Below, piece by piece: positions 27,443 through 38,360 of a stretch of 64,000 nt of DNA; the first letter of the stretch is position 1; the number at the start of each line of letters is the position of its first letter. The notes beneath the pieces were generated by a model that was not told where the DNA came from, searched no databases, and saw only the letters and a program-made list of their open reading frames with translations. The stretch covers positions 1-64,000 of the IMG/VR virus record IMGVR_UViG_3300017911_001818. The stretch is one strand, 5' to 3'. Source of the DNA: a virus. Taxonomy: Duplodnaviria > Caudoviricetes. The translations under genes and the position numbers were made by a program.

Positions 27443-28139
27443 CAAACAACAGATTCGTAAAATAAATGCGATGAAACTCCGGATCGAAGATTTACCTGAA
27501 ATTGAACCTATCACTAAGAATCAGGAAAAAGCTTTTTCTCTTTATGAAGAAGATAATCATTTGATTTTATCAGGAAGCGCAGGTACAGGCAAAACCTTTA
27601 TCGCACTCTATCTCGCACTCGAAGAAGTGCTTGACAAAGATACTCCATACGATAATATAGTTCTTATTCGTTCAGTGGTTCCCACTCGAGAGATTGGGTA
27701 TCTGCCTGGAAACGAGGAAGATAAGAAGGATGCATATACTGGTCCATATCGGGCCATTACTGCAGAGCTCTTTGGTGTTGGTGACGCATGGAATAAGTTG
27801 AAGCAAACAGGTGTAATTAATTTTGAAACAACTTCATTTATTCGTGGCACAACATTTAATAATGCAATCGTTATTGTAGACGAGATGCAAAACTTAAACT
27901 TTCATGAGCTAGACTCGGTAATCACAAGACTTGGTAGAGATTGTCGATTTATAGCTTGTGGAGATTATTACCAATCAGATTTTGATAAGGATAAAGAAAG
28001 AAATGGGATACTCAAATTCATGAACATTGTAGAGCATATGAAAGACTTTGAGGTGGTTGAGTTTGGATGGCAGGATATTGTGCGATCTGGTTTTGTGCGA
28101 GATTATATTATGACTAAAGAAATGTTGGAGATTCGTTAA
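27435..28139 (+). CDS. phoH: PhoH family ATPase
   Basis: GSAGTGKT, IGYLPG, RGTT, DEMQN, GD..QSD, IVRS. Confidence 0.93.
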   Translation: MSSKQQIRKINAMKLRIEDLPEIEPITKNQEKAFSLYEEDNHLILSGSAGTGKTFIALYLALEEVLDKDTPYDNIVLIRSVVPTREIGYLPGNEEDKKDAYTGPYRAITAELFGVGDAWNKLKQTGVINFETTSFIRGTTFNNAIVIVDEMQNLNFHELDSVITRLGRDCRFIACGDYYQSDFDKDKERNGILKFMNIVEHMKDFEVVEFGWQDIVRSGFVRDYIMTKEMLEIR

Positions 28140-28312
28140 TGGCTAAGTTTACACGTTTCGACCCACGCAATAAAAAGAACGGACGTAATAAAAAGATTAC
28201 CCTTGAGGGTAAGTCGAAGAAAAAAGGTTTTAGTGTTAAGACCTTCTTCGAAGAGGAGAACGAAAAGTATATAAAGAAGTATAAGAAGTTCGTTGAGGAC
28301 GAGGCTTACTAG
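28139..28312 (+). CDS. Small basic protein (not in ORF track)
   Basis: MAKFTRFDPRNKK; translationally coupled on both sides. Confidence 0.65.
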   Translation: MAKFTRFDPRNKKNGRNKKITLEGKSKKKGFSVKTFFEEENEKYIKKYKKFVEDEAY

Positions 28313-29218
28313 ATGTTTAAACATCATGAGTATGTTTCTGATATTGATTACAGATCTATGACCAGAGACTTATATTCAGATTATACTGACTATAATAGAG
28401 GCCGAGAAATCCACGAGAAATTAATTAAATCTTCAGAAGAAGTTCTTCCTTACAAAGAAGCTTCTGAAAAAAATTCTAACATTCATTCCGACATTTATAA
28501 TCATGTTATCGGAAAGACTAAAAAATTTCCTTTAAATAATGTTTCGTGCACTACAGAAGCTCATTTTCATCAAATTTTTGATTTTAGACTATCTTTTAAT
28601 TCAATACATACGGTTTGGCTCAGGATATTAGCAACATTCGTTTCTCTTCATGATGCAATGTTAAAACATAAAAAATTTAATGACCCAATCATAGTTTTAT
28701 ATGATGAGCCAAGAGATAACTACTTAGTAGTAACAGGACAACAGAGATTTTTTTACGCTAAAATTATGGGTATTAATCTCGAGGCTATCGTATATTCTTT
28801 TGGAACATCAGCTGCTGAAAAAATGTCGAAAGATATACCTGATATATATTGGCTTAATCGCAATACAATTAAAGAAAAATTCTTTTTTAGAATGACTCCT
28901 AGAAGCGAAATTTTTTGTCATAAAGGTCATGCTATGTTACAGCAGCAACATGATAAAAGTCGTGATAATTTTATGCTAGATCATCATAATATAATTTTAA
29001 ATTATCCTATAGAATTTAAACAATATTCAGAAGAAACTTATTTCTATAGAGATAAATTGTATGTTGGATTTCTACAAAATGATTCAGCAAAAAAGAAAAT
29101 AAAAGTTAATGTTAAAGATGAATATGGCATATTTCAATATATGCTTTGGAGATATGTGGGGATTGATCTATCAGAATTTAAAATGGATAAAAAGTTCGAG
29201 ATAATTAATGAGCTTTGA
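28313..29218 (+). CDS. Hypothetical protein, weak ParB/Srx-like motif
   Basis: DPIIV..YLVVTGQQR. Confidence 0.5.
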   Translation: MFKHHEYVSDIDYRSMTRDLYSDYTDYNRGREIHEKLIKSSEEVLPYKEASEKNSNIHSDIYNHVIGKTKKFPLNNVSCTTEAHFHQIFDFRLSFNSIHTVWLRILATFVSLHDAMLKHKKFNDPIIVLYDEPRDNYLVVTGQQRFFYAKIMGINLEAIVYSFGTSAAEKMSKDIPDIYWLNRNTIKEKFFFRMTPRSEIFCHKGHAMLQQQHDKSRDNFMLDHHNIILNYPIEFKQYSEETYFYRDKLYVGFLQNDSAKKKIKVNVKDEYGIFQYMLWRYVGIDLSEFKMDKKFEIINEL

Positions 29219-29975
29219 TCAATATGAATCTATTTTCTATAACTTATGTGAAGAAAAATATGGCCCTTCAGAAAATCTTTTAGATGTTGACAGTACTAAA
29301 GATTTTTTAGAATTACAAAATTTCGTAAAATTATGGGAAATAAAAACTCTCGATAAAAAATGGAGATCAGATAACCCTCCGTTACTTTTAAGAAATACTA
29401 TCGATCTTTTGGGTAGAGCTTCAAGCATATACGCACTGTTTAAGCAAGGGTTAAATTTCTCTTCGCCTGTTACAATTCTTAAGTCAAGAGAAAGATATAT
29501 CGTTTCTCCTGGACATCAAAAATATGCGCTTAACAGAGTATGTAAAGAAGTTAATATTCCCGCAGTAGTAATAGATTTTGATAAAAGTGATAAAATTTTT
29601 TCAGAGGCTACTTTAAGTCACGACTATGATTTATTCTATAAAAAAGGGTTTTTTGGTGACTCTGTTTATTGGATGTATGCGCAAAAACAACAAGTATCTT
29701 CTGATGAATATGATTTAGTATCTTCTAAATTTTTAGGAACTGATGAGAAAGAAGATTTTTGGTCATTTAAGGTTGATTTTTTATCTAAAATAGATAGCTT
29801 AAAAAACTCCTTGACTTTTTGGCACAATGGAGTTAAAGTCAGTAAAATAGATAACAGTTATCAAATGTTAAATATCGAACTATATACTATTGAAGGATTG
29901 GCGCAGTTCGTGTTAGAATACTTCTGCGACTATAACAATTTTTGTATTGAAAGACAGTATAGGATAATGGAATGA
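29208..29975 (+). CDS. Hypothetical protein, weak ParB/Srx-like motif
   Basis: SPVTI..YIVSPGHQK. Confidence 0.5.
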   Translation: MSFDQYESIFYNLCEEKYGPSENLLDVDSTKDFLELQNFVKLWEIKTLDKKWRSDNPPLLLRNTIDLLGRASSIYALFKQGLNFSSPVTILKSRERYIVSPGHQKYALNRVCKEVNIPAVVIDFDKSDKIFSEATLSHDYDLFYKKGFFGDSVYWMYAQKQQVSSDEYDLVSSKFLGTDEKEDFWSFKVDFLSKIDSLKNSLTFWHNGVKVSKIDNSYQMLNIELYTIEGLAQFVLEYFCDYNNFCIERQYRIME

Positions 29976-30316
29976 TTTCTGGTAAAGTATGGGGTTCTAC
30001 GGAACTGATTGAGGCGAACGGTGCACTAGAATTTCACCGCATCACCACTAAAAAAGGTGGTGTATGTTCTAAACATAAACATGAGTTTAAGTGGAATGGA
30101 TTCTATGTAGAGTCTGGTTATCTGCTTGTTCGTGTTTGGCAGAACGACTATGATCTGGTTGATGAAACCATTCTGGGTCCAGGAGAATGGACTAAAGTTA
30201 AACCAGGAGTATATCATCAGTTTGAGTGTATTGAAGACTGCGTAGCCTTTGAAGTATACTGGGCTGAATTTAACCACAATGATATTGTTCGTGAAGATGT
30301 GGGTTATGCAAAATAA
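29972..30316 (+). CDS. Cupin-domain protein
   Basis: KVWG, SKHKH, PGVYHQF. Confidence 0.8.
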   Translation: MISGKVWGSTELIEANGALEFHRITTKKGGVCSKHKHEFKWNGFYVESGYLLVRVWQNDYDLVDETILGPGEWTKVKPGVYHQFECIEDCVAFEVYWAEFNHNDIVREDVGYAK

Positions 30317-30980
30317 AACTTTTGAACATGTTCAAGTTAATCTTGGTTATGATGACCTACTGACTGAAACCACCGAAGCTGGTCGTACGTATTTTACAGA
30401 AGACAGCGAAAAATATCCATCAATTACTACTGTGCTCTCTATCTTAACCAAAGCAGGGATCGCTGCATGGCGTAAACGTGTTGGCGAGGAAGAGGCTAAT
30501 CGTATTTCAAGGCAGGCAGCTGGACGTGGAACGGATGTACATGCAATCGTTGAAAAATATTTGGATAATGATCCAAATTATGCAGAAGGGTATATGCCAC
30601 ATATCCTTAATACATTTAATGATATCAAACCTATCTTGGATGAGCGTATTGGAAAAATTTATGCACAAGAAGCGCCTCTTTATAGTCATCATCTTGGTGT
30701 CGCTGGTCGAGTTGATTGTGTGGCTGAATTTGATGGACAAATTTCTATAATTGACTTTAAAACGTCAAGGAAACGCAAAACTCGTTCAATGGTATATAAC
30801 TACTTCAAGCAAGAGGCTGGTTATGCTGTTATGTGGGAAGAACGTACAGGTATGCCAATTACTCAACTGGTGACTATCATGGCAGTAGATCATGATAATC
30901 CGATTGTATTCGTTGAGCATCGAGATGATTGGATTGATAAACTAAAAGATGTAATTTCTCAGTATAATGCCCAAGCATAA
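30306..30980 (+). CDS. PD-(D/E)XK (Cas4-like) exonuclease
   Basis: YPSITTVL, RGTDVH, AGRVD, IIDFKTS. Confidence 0.85.
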   Translation: MQNKTFEHVQVNLGYDDLLTETTEAGRTYFTEDSEKYPSITTVLSILTKAGIAAWRKRVGEEEANRISRQAAGRGTDVHAIVEKYLDNDPNYAEGYMPHILNTFNDIKPILDERIGKIYAQEAPLYSHHLGVAGRVDCVAEFDGQISIIDFKTSRKRKTRSMVYNYFKQEAGYAVMWEERTGMPITQLVTIMAVDHDNPIVFVEHRDDWIDKLKDVISQYNAQA

Positions 30981-31689
30981 TTTAAATCTTACTGGTTCTT
31001 TACTGATGGGAAGTGTAGGAAGAAACATTATCTGGCAAGTTTTTAAATATTGTTTAGATAATAATCCAAAAGAATTAAATGTAAATATTTTTTGGTATGG
31101 CGGCCATATATTAGATTTCAGTCACTTCGAAGATCAAGAACCTTTTCAAGAGAAAATTAATTACCTTTTATCTCAACTAAACTTAGGCGATTGTAAATTA
31201 AATATATCACATAAATTACAATGTTATCGAGAAGGTAATCCTCCTATCTTCGAAAAATTTTTTAAAACATATCAGTTAAATGCGCATGAAGTTTTTAAAT
31301 ATAATAAAGTAAAAAAGAATAAAGTATGTTTTTGGAGATTCGATGCAACATATAATTCAGCTAATCGTTTAGGAAAATCAACAAGAGAAACTGAAGCCAA
31401 ACTTTTTTCAATGTTTCCTGAAGATTGGGAAGATTTGTATGACATGTTAAACAAAAAATATGAAATTATAGAATTATCTTACAGAACTCCTATCAGAGAA
31501 GTAATGTACCATTTAAGGGAATGTGAGTTTTGTGTTGGATACGGTGGCATGTATCATTCATTAGTAAATATGTTAAATAAACCTATGTTTTGTATTTTAA
31601 AGCCGAAAGTGATGCTCGAGCGTGTGGAGAAAGAAAATCACTTTTTTGATATTGTTGTGAATCGAGATAAGCTAGTATCAATGTTATAA
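30967..31689 (+). CDS. Putative GT-B glycosyltransferase-like protein
   Basis: YRTPIREV..L..CEF.VGY.G..H; paralog of next gene. Confidence 0.45.
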   Translation: MPKHNLNLTGSLLMGSVGRNIIWQVFKYCLDNNPKELNVNIFWYGGHILDFSHFEDQEPFQEKINYLLSQLNLGDCKLNISHKLQCYREGNPPIFEKFFKTYQLNAHEVFKYNKVKKNKVCFWRFDATYNSANRLGKSTRETEAKLFSMFPEDWEDLYDMLNKKYEIIELSYRTPIREVMYHLRECEFCVGYGGMYHSLVNMLNKPMFCILKPKVMLERVEKENHFFDIVVNRDKLVSML

Positions 31690-31693
31690 TAAT

Positions 31694-32488
31694 ATGACCA
31701 AATTAGATTTAATAGATAATATTAATCTACCAGGAAAGCTGTTAATGGGCAATCTTATTAGAAAGTCTGTATTAACAGCCTTCAAATATAACTTTCTACA
31801 CTCCCTCGATATTTTAAATGTAAAAATTTCTTGGGAAAAACGGTCTATTGATAAATATTCACACTTTGAAGATGTAGAACCTTGGGAAGAGAAGGCCAAC
31901 TTTCTCTTTTCAAAATTAGATGTTGATTGTAAAATTAATGTTGAGCATGAAGTAATAGATAAAAAATTTGTGTGGGATAGGAAAATACAAGATATATCTT
32001 TTATTGACACCCCTGCCGTAGATATCTTTAGAAATAATCTAAAAGAAAAAAATAATAAAGTGTGCTTTTGGATGTTTGATATGAATGCAATCTCTTTTAG
32101 ATATAAATCTGAAAGCGAATTTCAAAGAGCTGGAAAAATAGAAACTTATTCTCAAGATCAATGGTATGAAATTTTACGTTATTTAAAAAGTAGGTTTGAT
32201 GTCGTAGAGCTTGATTATAGAACTCCTATTAGGGAAGTGTATTACCATCTCTCAACATGTGAATTCATATTTTCATATTCAGGAATCTATCATAACATAG
32301 CGACTTTTCTTAATAAGCCGATTATATCTATACTAAACATGAAATACTATCCTGCAGGATATCTTCAAATTAGATGTCCATATGAATTATTATGTCTACC
32401 AAATTTTAATGATTTACTGAATGATAAGTATTTTGATTCATTAATACAAGAAGCGAAGAGTCTAAGGAGACTTAAAAATGTACATTGA
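31694..32488 (+). CDS. Putative GT-B glycosyltransferase-like protein
   Basis: Shares SHFED and YRTPIREV with previous gene. Confidence 0.45.
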   Translation: MTKLDLIDNINLPGKLLMGNLIRKSVLTAFKYNFLHSLDILNVKISWEKRSIDKYSHFEDVEPWEEKANFLFSKLDVDCKINVEHEVIDKKFVWDRKIQDISFIDTPAVDIFRNNLKEKNNKVCFWMFDMNAISFRYKSESEFQRAGKIETYSQDQWYEILRYLKSRFDVVELDYRTPIREVYYHLSTCEFIFSYSGIYHNIATFLNKPIISILNMKYYPAGYLQIRCPYELLCLPNFNDLLNDKYFDSLIQEAKSLRRLKNVH

Positions 32489-33434
32489 TCGTGCTGTCAT
32501 TGAGATTAATGGTGGCTGTAATTATTCATGTCAGATGTGCCCACAGTCTCAACCAGGCGGCAGAGGTAAAAACTGGCTAAAGAAGATGTCTTTGGGAAGA
32601 TTTGAAAGTGTTATTGATCAGTTGGTTAATAGTGGGCTGCGGGTTGTTAACCTTGAGGGTAGTGGCGAGCCTACTCTTAATAGTAACCTTGATGAATATG
32701 TAAGAGTTGTCAAGAAACATGGAGCGAAAGCTTTTATGTTCTCTAACGGTAATCGTATGCATGGTGACTACATGAAACGGGTCGTGGATGCTGGCGCAGA
32801 CTACTTTCGCTTTTCAATTATCGGCTACAGTCCAGAGACATATTGGGCATGGATGAACTCAAAAGAGTTTACAAAAGTCATTAATAATCTCGAAGCTATG
32901 CAGAGATATGTAGAAGACTCAGGCTCAGACTGTACTGTTGCAACATATCATCTTGTTATGGATAATGATAATGTTGATTATGAAGTAGAGCAATATCGCA
33001 AGATTGTCGATAATGCTGGAGTAAAGACTGAAATCTGGAAGATGCATAACTGGTCAGGCGTATATGAACCAGAGTATGGTCGAGAGGGTAAGGTGAAGAC
33101 TTGTGGGCGGCCATTCTCCCCAGACTTAGTTATTCGAGCAGGCGGCGCTCAGGGCAAATGGGGCGCTGTACATCCTTGTTGTCAGGTTCTCGGTAGGGAT
33201 GATGATGCTATTCTTGGGCATATGTCAGATAATACAGCAGAAGAAATTTGGAATGGTCATGAATACGAGCAGCTAAGGAAGCAACATACTACAGGAAATT
33301 ATCCTGACTTTTGTAAAGGTTGTGATTTTCTTATTGACGATCCGGAGGTGTTAGTATATACTAATCATCAAAGAGACCTATATAAGATGCACGGTACTGA
33401 GTTTAATTTAAATGATTACAGGAAAATTATATGA
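32478..33434 (+). CDS. Radical SAM/SPASM protein
   Basis: CNYSCQMC, GSGEP, C-terminal PCC and CKGC. Confidence 0.88.
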   Translation: MYIDRAVIEINGGCNYSCQMCPQSQPGGRGKNWLKKMSLGRFESVIDQLVNSGLRVVNLEGSGEPTLNSNLDEYVRVVKKHGAKAFMFSNGNRMHGDYMKRVVDAGADYFRFSIIGYSPETYWAWMNSKEFTKVINNLEAMQRYVEDSGSDCTVATYHLVMDNDNVDYEVEQYRKIVDNAGVKTEIWKMHNWSGVYEPEYGREGKVKTCGRPFSPDLVIRAGGAQGKWGAVHPCCQVLGRDDDAILGHMSDNTAEEIWNGHEYEQLRKQHTTGNYPDFCKGCDFLIDDPEVLVYTNHQRDLYKMHGTEFNLNDYRKII

Positions 33435-34228
33435 GCAATATTGCAAAGATTGGTATTATCGGTTATGGTTACGTAGGTAAGGCCATGGCTGCAGCCTTTG
33501 ATAAATCTGACCTACTTGATTATGATATTGTCGATCCAGCATATGAAGAGTATAATCAAGATTTAGTAGAGATGATGAAGAACTGCGACGCAGCAGTTGT
33601 ATGTGTGCCAACACCAGAGAGCGATGATGGTAAATGTGATGATTCTATTGTCATTGATGTAATCGAAAAGATTGGTCAAGATAAACCTATCTTGATTAAA
33701 TCGACAACAGATATTGACACACTTCAGTTCTTCAAAGATAATTATCCGAATGTATGTTTTTCTCCAGAGTTTCTCCGTGGACGTAATGCTGTTGAAGATT
33801 TTTTAGCAGAGGATAAAATGATTATTGGTGGAGAGCCTGATCAAGCAGAGGGTTGGATGAATGTGTTTCAGTCTTGCTTAAACATTAAGAATGAAGTTTT
33901 TATTGATATTGTAGAGGCTGGTTATGTTAAGTATGCAGAAAATTCATTCTTGGCTATGCGTGTAACTTTCTTCAATGATCTTTACAATCTAATGCAGAAG
34001 GCACATCCTCAGCTGGATTATGACTCTACAGTTTATGCTCTTGGTGTTGACCCAAGGATTGGTCATTCGCACAATCAGGTTCCTGGGCCAGACGGGAGAT
34101 ATGGTTGGGGCGGTCATTGTTTACCTAAAGATACTGCAGCTTTCGTAAATTTTGCTGAACGTAATAACACAAAGCTCCCGTTAATCGAATCTGTTCGAGA
34201 CATTAATATTACGCATCGGTCAAAATGA
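33431..34228 (+). CDS. UDP-glucose/GDP-mannose dehydrogenase family
   Basis: GYGYVG, CVPTP, IKST, PEFLR, KYAEN, GWGGHCLPKD. Confidence 0.9.
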   Translation: MSNIAKIGIIGYGYVGKAMAAAFDKSDLLDYDIVDPAYEEYNQDLVEMMKNCDAAVVCVPTPESDDGKCDDSIVIDVIEKIGQDKPILIKSTTDIDTLQFFKDNYPNVCFSPEFLRGRNAVEDFLAEDKMIIGGEPDQAEGWMNVFQSCLNIKNEVFIDIVEAGYVKYAENSFLAMRVTFFNDLYNLMQKAHPQLDYDSTVYALGVDPRIGHSHNQVPGPDGRYGWGGHCLPKDTAAFVNFAERNNTKLPLIESVRDINITHRSK

Positions 34229-35004
34229 AAAACTTAATTTATCAAGTATCAGTCGGTAAACCATCGAAGCTATATCAGCACTGTATTCAATCAGTAGCTG
34301 GATATTGTAAGAAACACAATATCGAACATTATGTTTTGACTAAACCAAAGCTGAGGATTAATCCTAATCCTTTTACGTCAAATCGTTCTGAAGGCGCATC
34401 ACGTCTTGGATATTTGCCGATTTATGAAAAAGAGAACGCATTTGATCTGCTCCCAAAGTATGATCAAATAGCTATCGTTGATAGCGATATTTACATTCGT
34501 CCAGACAGCCCAAATATTTTTGATGAGTTTGGTACAGATAAACCTTTTGGTGCTGTCTGTGAACGTGAGATGCCGATTAACAGACAGTATGCATCTAAGA
34601 TTCATAACTATTCAGGTATGCAGTATCATAACTTACATGGCCTGAAGGGATTAGATTTTAAACCAAACAAGCTAGGATATGAATTTTATAACATGGGGCT
34701 GATGTTAATGAACCAGTCTTTCTATGATATTATCCAAAAAATGCCGGCAAAACAATGGGTTACACAATCTGAGTTTCAGCCATTCATTGACGGTGTGGGT
34801 AACTGGAAGTGGTCTACTGACCAGACGCTACTTAACTATTTCATGAAGTCCAGAAAAGTTGATGTTAAACACATGCATTGGAAATGGAACGGACTTTATA
34901 CTGCTAACACTAAAATCTCAGAGTGTCACTTTGTCCACTTTTTTCTAAAAGATAAACTTCCAGAGCGTGGCGAGAATGTTACTCAGTTAATGGAGCAAAT
35001 TTAA
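34225..35004 (+). CDS. GT-A glycosyltransferase (GT8/GT34-like)
   Basis: DSD, YNMGLML, DQTLLN, HF. Confidence 0.75.
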   Translation: MKNLIYQVSVGKPSKLYQHCIQSVAGYCKKHNIEHYVLTKPKLRINPNPFTSNRSEGASRLGYLPIYEKENAFDLLPKYDQIAIVDSDIYIRPDSPNIFDEFGTDKPFGAVCEREMPINRQYASKIHNYSGMQYHNLHGLKGLDFKPNKLGYEFYNMGLMLMNQSFYDIIQKMPAKQWVTQSEFQPFIDGVGNWKWSTDQTLLNYFMKSRKVDVKHMHWKWNGLYTANTKISECHFVHFFLKDKLPERGENVTQLMEQI

Positions 35005-35451
35005 ATGCGAAAAACATTAATTTCTCATCGTGGTAATGTAAATGGGATTAACAAAGATCTTGAGAATAATCCTGAATATATTGATCAGGCTCTAGATCAT
35101 GGTTATCATTGTGAGATCGATGTATGGCGCCACAAAGATAAGTTTTATCTTGGCCACGATGAGCCTATGTACAAGATTCCAATTAAATGGTTGATGAATC
35201 GTAAATGGAATTTGTGGGTACACTGTAAAAATATCGAGGCATTAGAACATATGTCTCGATATTACCTCAACTACTTCTGGCATGAGAGTGATAAGTACAC
35301 AATGACCTCTCGAAGATGGGTATGGGCTTATCCAGGTCAAAGAACCTCTACTAAATATAACAGAACGATTGCAGTATTGCCAGAATGGGACAATACTGAT
35401 GTGAGCGAATTTGCCGGAGTCTGTTCGGATTTTATTGAACAATATAAATGA
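35005..35451 (+). CDS. GDPD/PLC-like phosphodiesterase
   Basis: ISHRGN, EIDVW, LGHD, HCKN. Confidence 0.75.
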   Translation: MRKTLISHRGNVNGINKDLENNPEYIDQALDHGYHCEIDVWRHKDKFYLGHDEPMYKIPIKWLMNRKWNLWVHCKNIEALEHMSRYYLNYFWHESDKYTMTSRRWVWAYPGQRTSTKYNRTIAVLPEWDNTDVSEFAGVCSDFIEQYK

Positions 35452-36149
35452 AAATTGCAGTTTGTTTTAGTGGGTTATATCGAAAAAATATAAGAATAAA
35501 TCCATATTATTTGCATGCTAATTACGAAAAGGCATTTCCAGATGCTGATTTTTTCTATCACACATGGGATGAATACGTAACAGATATACCTGTAATCTAT
35601 CATGATGCTTTATCTTCATGCCCCGAACCTTTTGTAAATTATCATACCGTTTTTGATGTTTCGGTAAGTAGCCCTCACCCCAAGTTTCCAGAATATAAAA
35701 AAGGCAACATACCAGACACAAAGAAGACAAAGCTTTTGCGTCAAACAAAACAAATCCTAGGGCACGCTGATTTATTGTCTAAAATCCCACAAGATTATGA
35801 TGTTATTGTCAGGGCTAGATATGATGTGAACATTTGGGATGTAAATTACGATGAATTTTTAAATATGGCCGCCGAAGGAACGCCAGTTGGTTTCGTTACT
35901 AAGCCAAAACAAGGCCAGGAGTTCGGTAAATTACATGAGGCAACGAAAGAAGACGAAGAAACTTGGCTAGGGCATTTGCCTGATTACATGATAATTCACA
36001 ACCGAAAAAAATTTGATAGTGAATATGTTTTTCGACTTCATCATGAACAAAATTTACTCCCGGGCGAATGGGGTTGGTGGCAAGTTCTGAGTGAACCATA
36101 TGGTGATAATCACAGGGTATTTTGTGGATATGCACAGATAGTAAGATAA
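35448..36149 (+). CDS. Glycan-cluster hypothetical protein
   Basis: KIAVCFSG, YDVIVRARYD; paralog of 39125. Confidence 0.6.
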   Translation: MKIAVCFSGLYRKNIRINPYYLHANYEKAFPDADFFYHTWDEYVTDIPVIYHDALSSCPEPFVNYHTVFDVSVSSPHPKFPEYKKGNIPDTKKTKLLRQTKQILGHADLLSKIPQDYDVIVRARYDVNIWDVNYDEFLNMAAEGTPVGFVTKPKQGQEFGKLHEATKEDEETWLGHLPDYMIIHNRKKFDSEYVFRLHHEQNLLPGEWGWWQVLSEPYGDNHRVFCGYAQIVR

Positions 36150-36164
36150 TATTGAAAGTTTAAA

Positions 36165-37517
36165 ATGATAAAATTAGTTCTTTTTGATTTAGATGGCGTT
36201 TTGATCGACGCAAAAAAAATTCATTATCAAGCATTAAACGAAGCCCTACCCAAAGACTATCAGATTAGTCGAACCGAACATATTAACATTTACGACGGTA
36301 AGAAAACCACTGAAAAGCTGGAAATGCTAACAGAAAGAAAAAGCTTACCTGAAAATCTCCATCAACAAATTAGTGTTCAAAAGCAAAAGAAGACGATGAC
36401 TTTGCTTTCGCAACTTAAACCCATAGCAGAGATCGTAAGTCTCTTTAAGGAGCTAGAGAAACAGGGGTATACTATAGGTGTGTGCTCTAATTCTATCCGT
36501 CGCACGGTCCTAACAGCGCTTGCAAAGAGCAAACTAATTGAGTATTGCTCAGTCATTATTTCTAATGAGGATGTGAAAAACTCCAAACCTCATCCAGAAA
36601 TGTATTGGAAGGCTATGTCTGTTATGGGAGTGCTGCCCGAAGAAACACTTATTGTAGAAGATTCGCCACCGGGACTTTTAGCAGCCGCTAGAAGCAGGGC
36701 TAAGTATATTCGAGTAGATGATCCTTATGATTTGACACGGGAAAAAATATTCTCGAATTTACAAGGTGGAGAAATTATGCAAAAATGGAAATCTGATAAA
36801 CTTAATGTTCTGATCCCCATGGCAGGAGCAGGAACACGTTTCGCTCAAGCTGGGTACAGTTTCCCGAAGCCTTTGATTCAAGTTCATACAAAGCCGATGA
36901 TCCAAGTGGTGACAGAAAATCTGGGGCTTGAGGCTAATTTTATCTATGTTGTTCAAAAAGAACATAGAGAAAAATTTAATCTTGATACAATGCTGAACCT
37001 CATCGCACCAAACTGTAAAATTATTGAAGTGGATGGCATAACAGAAGGTGCAGCTTGTACAGCGTTGTTAGCTAAAGAGCATATTGATAATGAGAATCCA
37101 CTATTTTTTGCTAATTCAGATCAATTTGTGGAATGGAATCCTCTAGAATTTATGTATGAAATGCAGGAACGGGATGCTGATGGTGGGATTGTTACGTTCA
37201 AAGCTACACATCCAAAATGGTCCTTTGCTAAAGTGAATGAAGAAGATATCGTCACTGAGGTTGCAGAAAAGAATCCTATTTCAGATAATGCGACAGTTGG
37301 ATACTACTATTGGAAACATGGCTCGGATTTCGTTAAATATGCCGAACAGATGATAGAAAAAGATATTAGAGTGAACAATGAATTCTATGTCTGTCCTGTG
37401 TTTAACGAGGCTATCGAGGATAATAAACAAATTAGAATCCATAAAGCCAAGGATATGTGGGGATTAGGTACTCCAGAAGACTTAGAATATTTTTTAAATA
37501 ATTACGGTACGAAATAA
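36165..37517 (+). CDS. HAD phosphatase fused to sugar nucleotidyltransferase
   Basis: FDLDGVL, KPHP, EDS; then IPMAGAGTRF, PKPLI, LGTPEDL. Confidence 0.88.
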   Translation: MIKLVLFDLDGVLIDAKKIHYQALNEALPKDYQISRTEHINIYDGKKTTEKLEMLTERKSLPENLHQQISVQKQKKTMTLLSQLKPIAEIVSLFKELEKQGYTIGVCSNSIRRTVLTALAKSKLIEYCSVIISNEDVKNSKPHPEMYWKAMSVMGVLPEETLIVEDSPPGLLAAARSRAKYIRVDDPYDLTREKIFSNLQGGEIMQKWKSDKLNVLIPMAGAGTRFAQAGYSFPKPLIQVHTKPMIQVVTENLGLEANFIYVVQKEHREKFNLDTMLNLIAPNCKIIEVDGITEGAACTALLAKEHIDNENPLFFANSDQFVEWNPLEFMYEMQERDADGGIVTFKATHPKWSFAKVNEEDIVTEVAEKNPISDNATVGYYYWKHGSDFVKYAEQMIEKDIRVNNEFYVCPVFNEAIEDNKQIRIHKAKDMWGLGTPEDLEYFLNNYGTK

Positions 37518-38359
37518 TGACAAAAGCTGTATTCGTTGCTCCAATTGCTAGTAAACATTTTGATGTAGGTGTAGATTTCGTTGAATCCTACAATAAACAT
37601 TTTGATGATGATAACTTATATCTCGTTTTTTCTAATGAAAAGGAATGTCAACTCTTTTTTGATAAATTAAAGGAAGATATTAGATTTAAATACATCGTTT
37701 GTGACGAAGAGTTATATTGTTCAAAGCCGATGACACAGAAAAAAATCTTCGGTGTAAAGTGGGTTTATGATAATGTCCCTGAAGTCGATTATGTCGGGGT
37801 CATTGATGTCGATTCAAGGTTCGTGCGTAACTTTGATTACCCGAAAAGATTTGAGGAAATTTGCGATAAAAAGACGATTTATGGTTCTCCGATCGCAGAT
37901 AATGGCGTAAGAACCAAGTGTATTATCGACCCTGCAAGAAAGTTTTTTAATGAAATTGATTTTAAGATAATTCAACAGACTACAAAAAACTTTACGATAT
38001 ACACTTGGTTCAATGAAATCCCTGTTTATGATCGAAAATATTTTTATGAGTTTTTGGATTATATTAAATACACAACGATTCTACCTCGACTAACATATGC
38101 CGACTTTGATTTTACCCTTTACACATATTTTCTTTATGCCAAGGGGTATTATAAATTAGAAGTGATGACAACTCAAAATGGCGATCCTTTGCCGGGAACT
38201 ATTAGTGGTAGTTTCGTCGAAGATCATGTTCGTTCAAACATGTCCAGATTAATTTTCGAGGATGTTTTCGCAAAATACAAGCCCATGTGGATACGTAATC
38301 CCATTAGCGAAAATCTGATGTCAAACGTTTTCATGCGGTTGCATACTGATTGGAAATAA
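37517..38359 (+). CDS. Putative GT-A glycosyltransferase
   Basis: DVD motif after hydrophobic strand. Confidence 0.5.
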   Translation: MTKAVFVAPIASKHFDVGVDFVESYNKHFDDDNLYLVFSNEKECQLFFDKLKEDIRFKYIVCDEELYCSKPMTQKKIFGVKWVYDNVPEVDYVGVIDVDSRFVRNFDYPKRFEEICDKKTIYGSPIADNGVRTKCIIDPARKFFNEIDFKIIQQTTKNFTIYTWFNEIPVYDRKYFYEFLDYIKYTTILPRLTYADFDFTLYTYFLYAKGYYKLEVMTTQNGDPLPGTISGSFVEDHVRSNMSRLIFEDVFAKYKPMWIRNPISENLMSNVFMRLHTDWK

Positions 38360-38360
38360 A

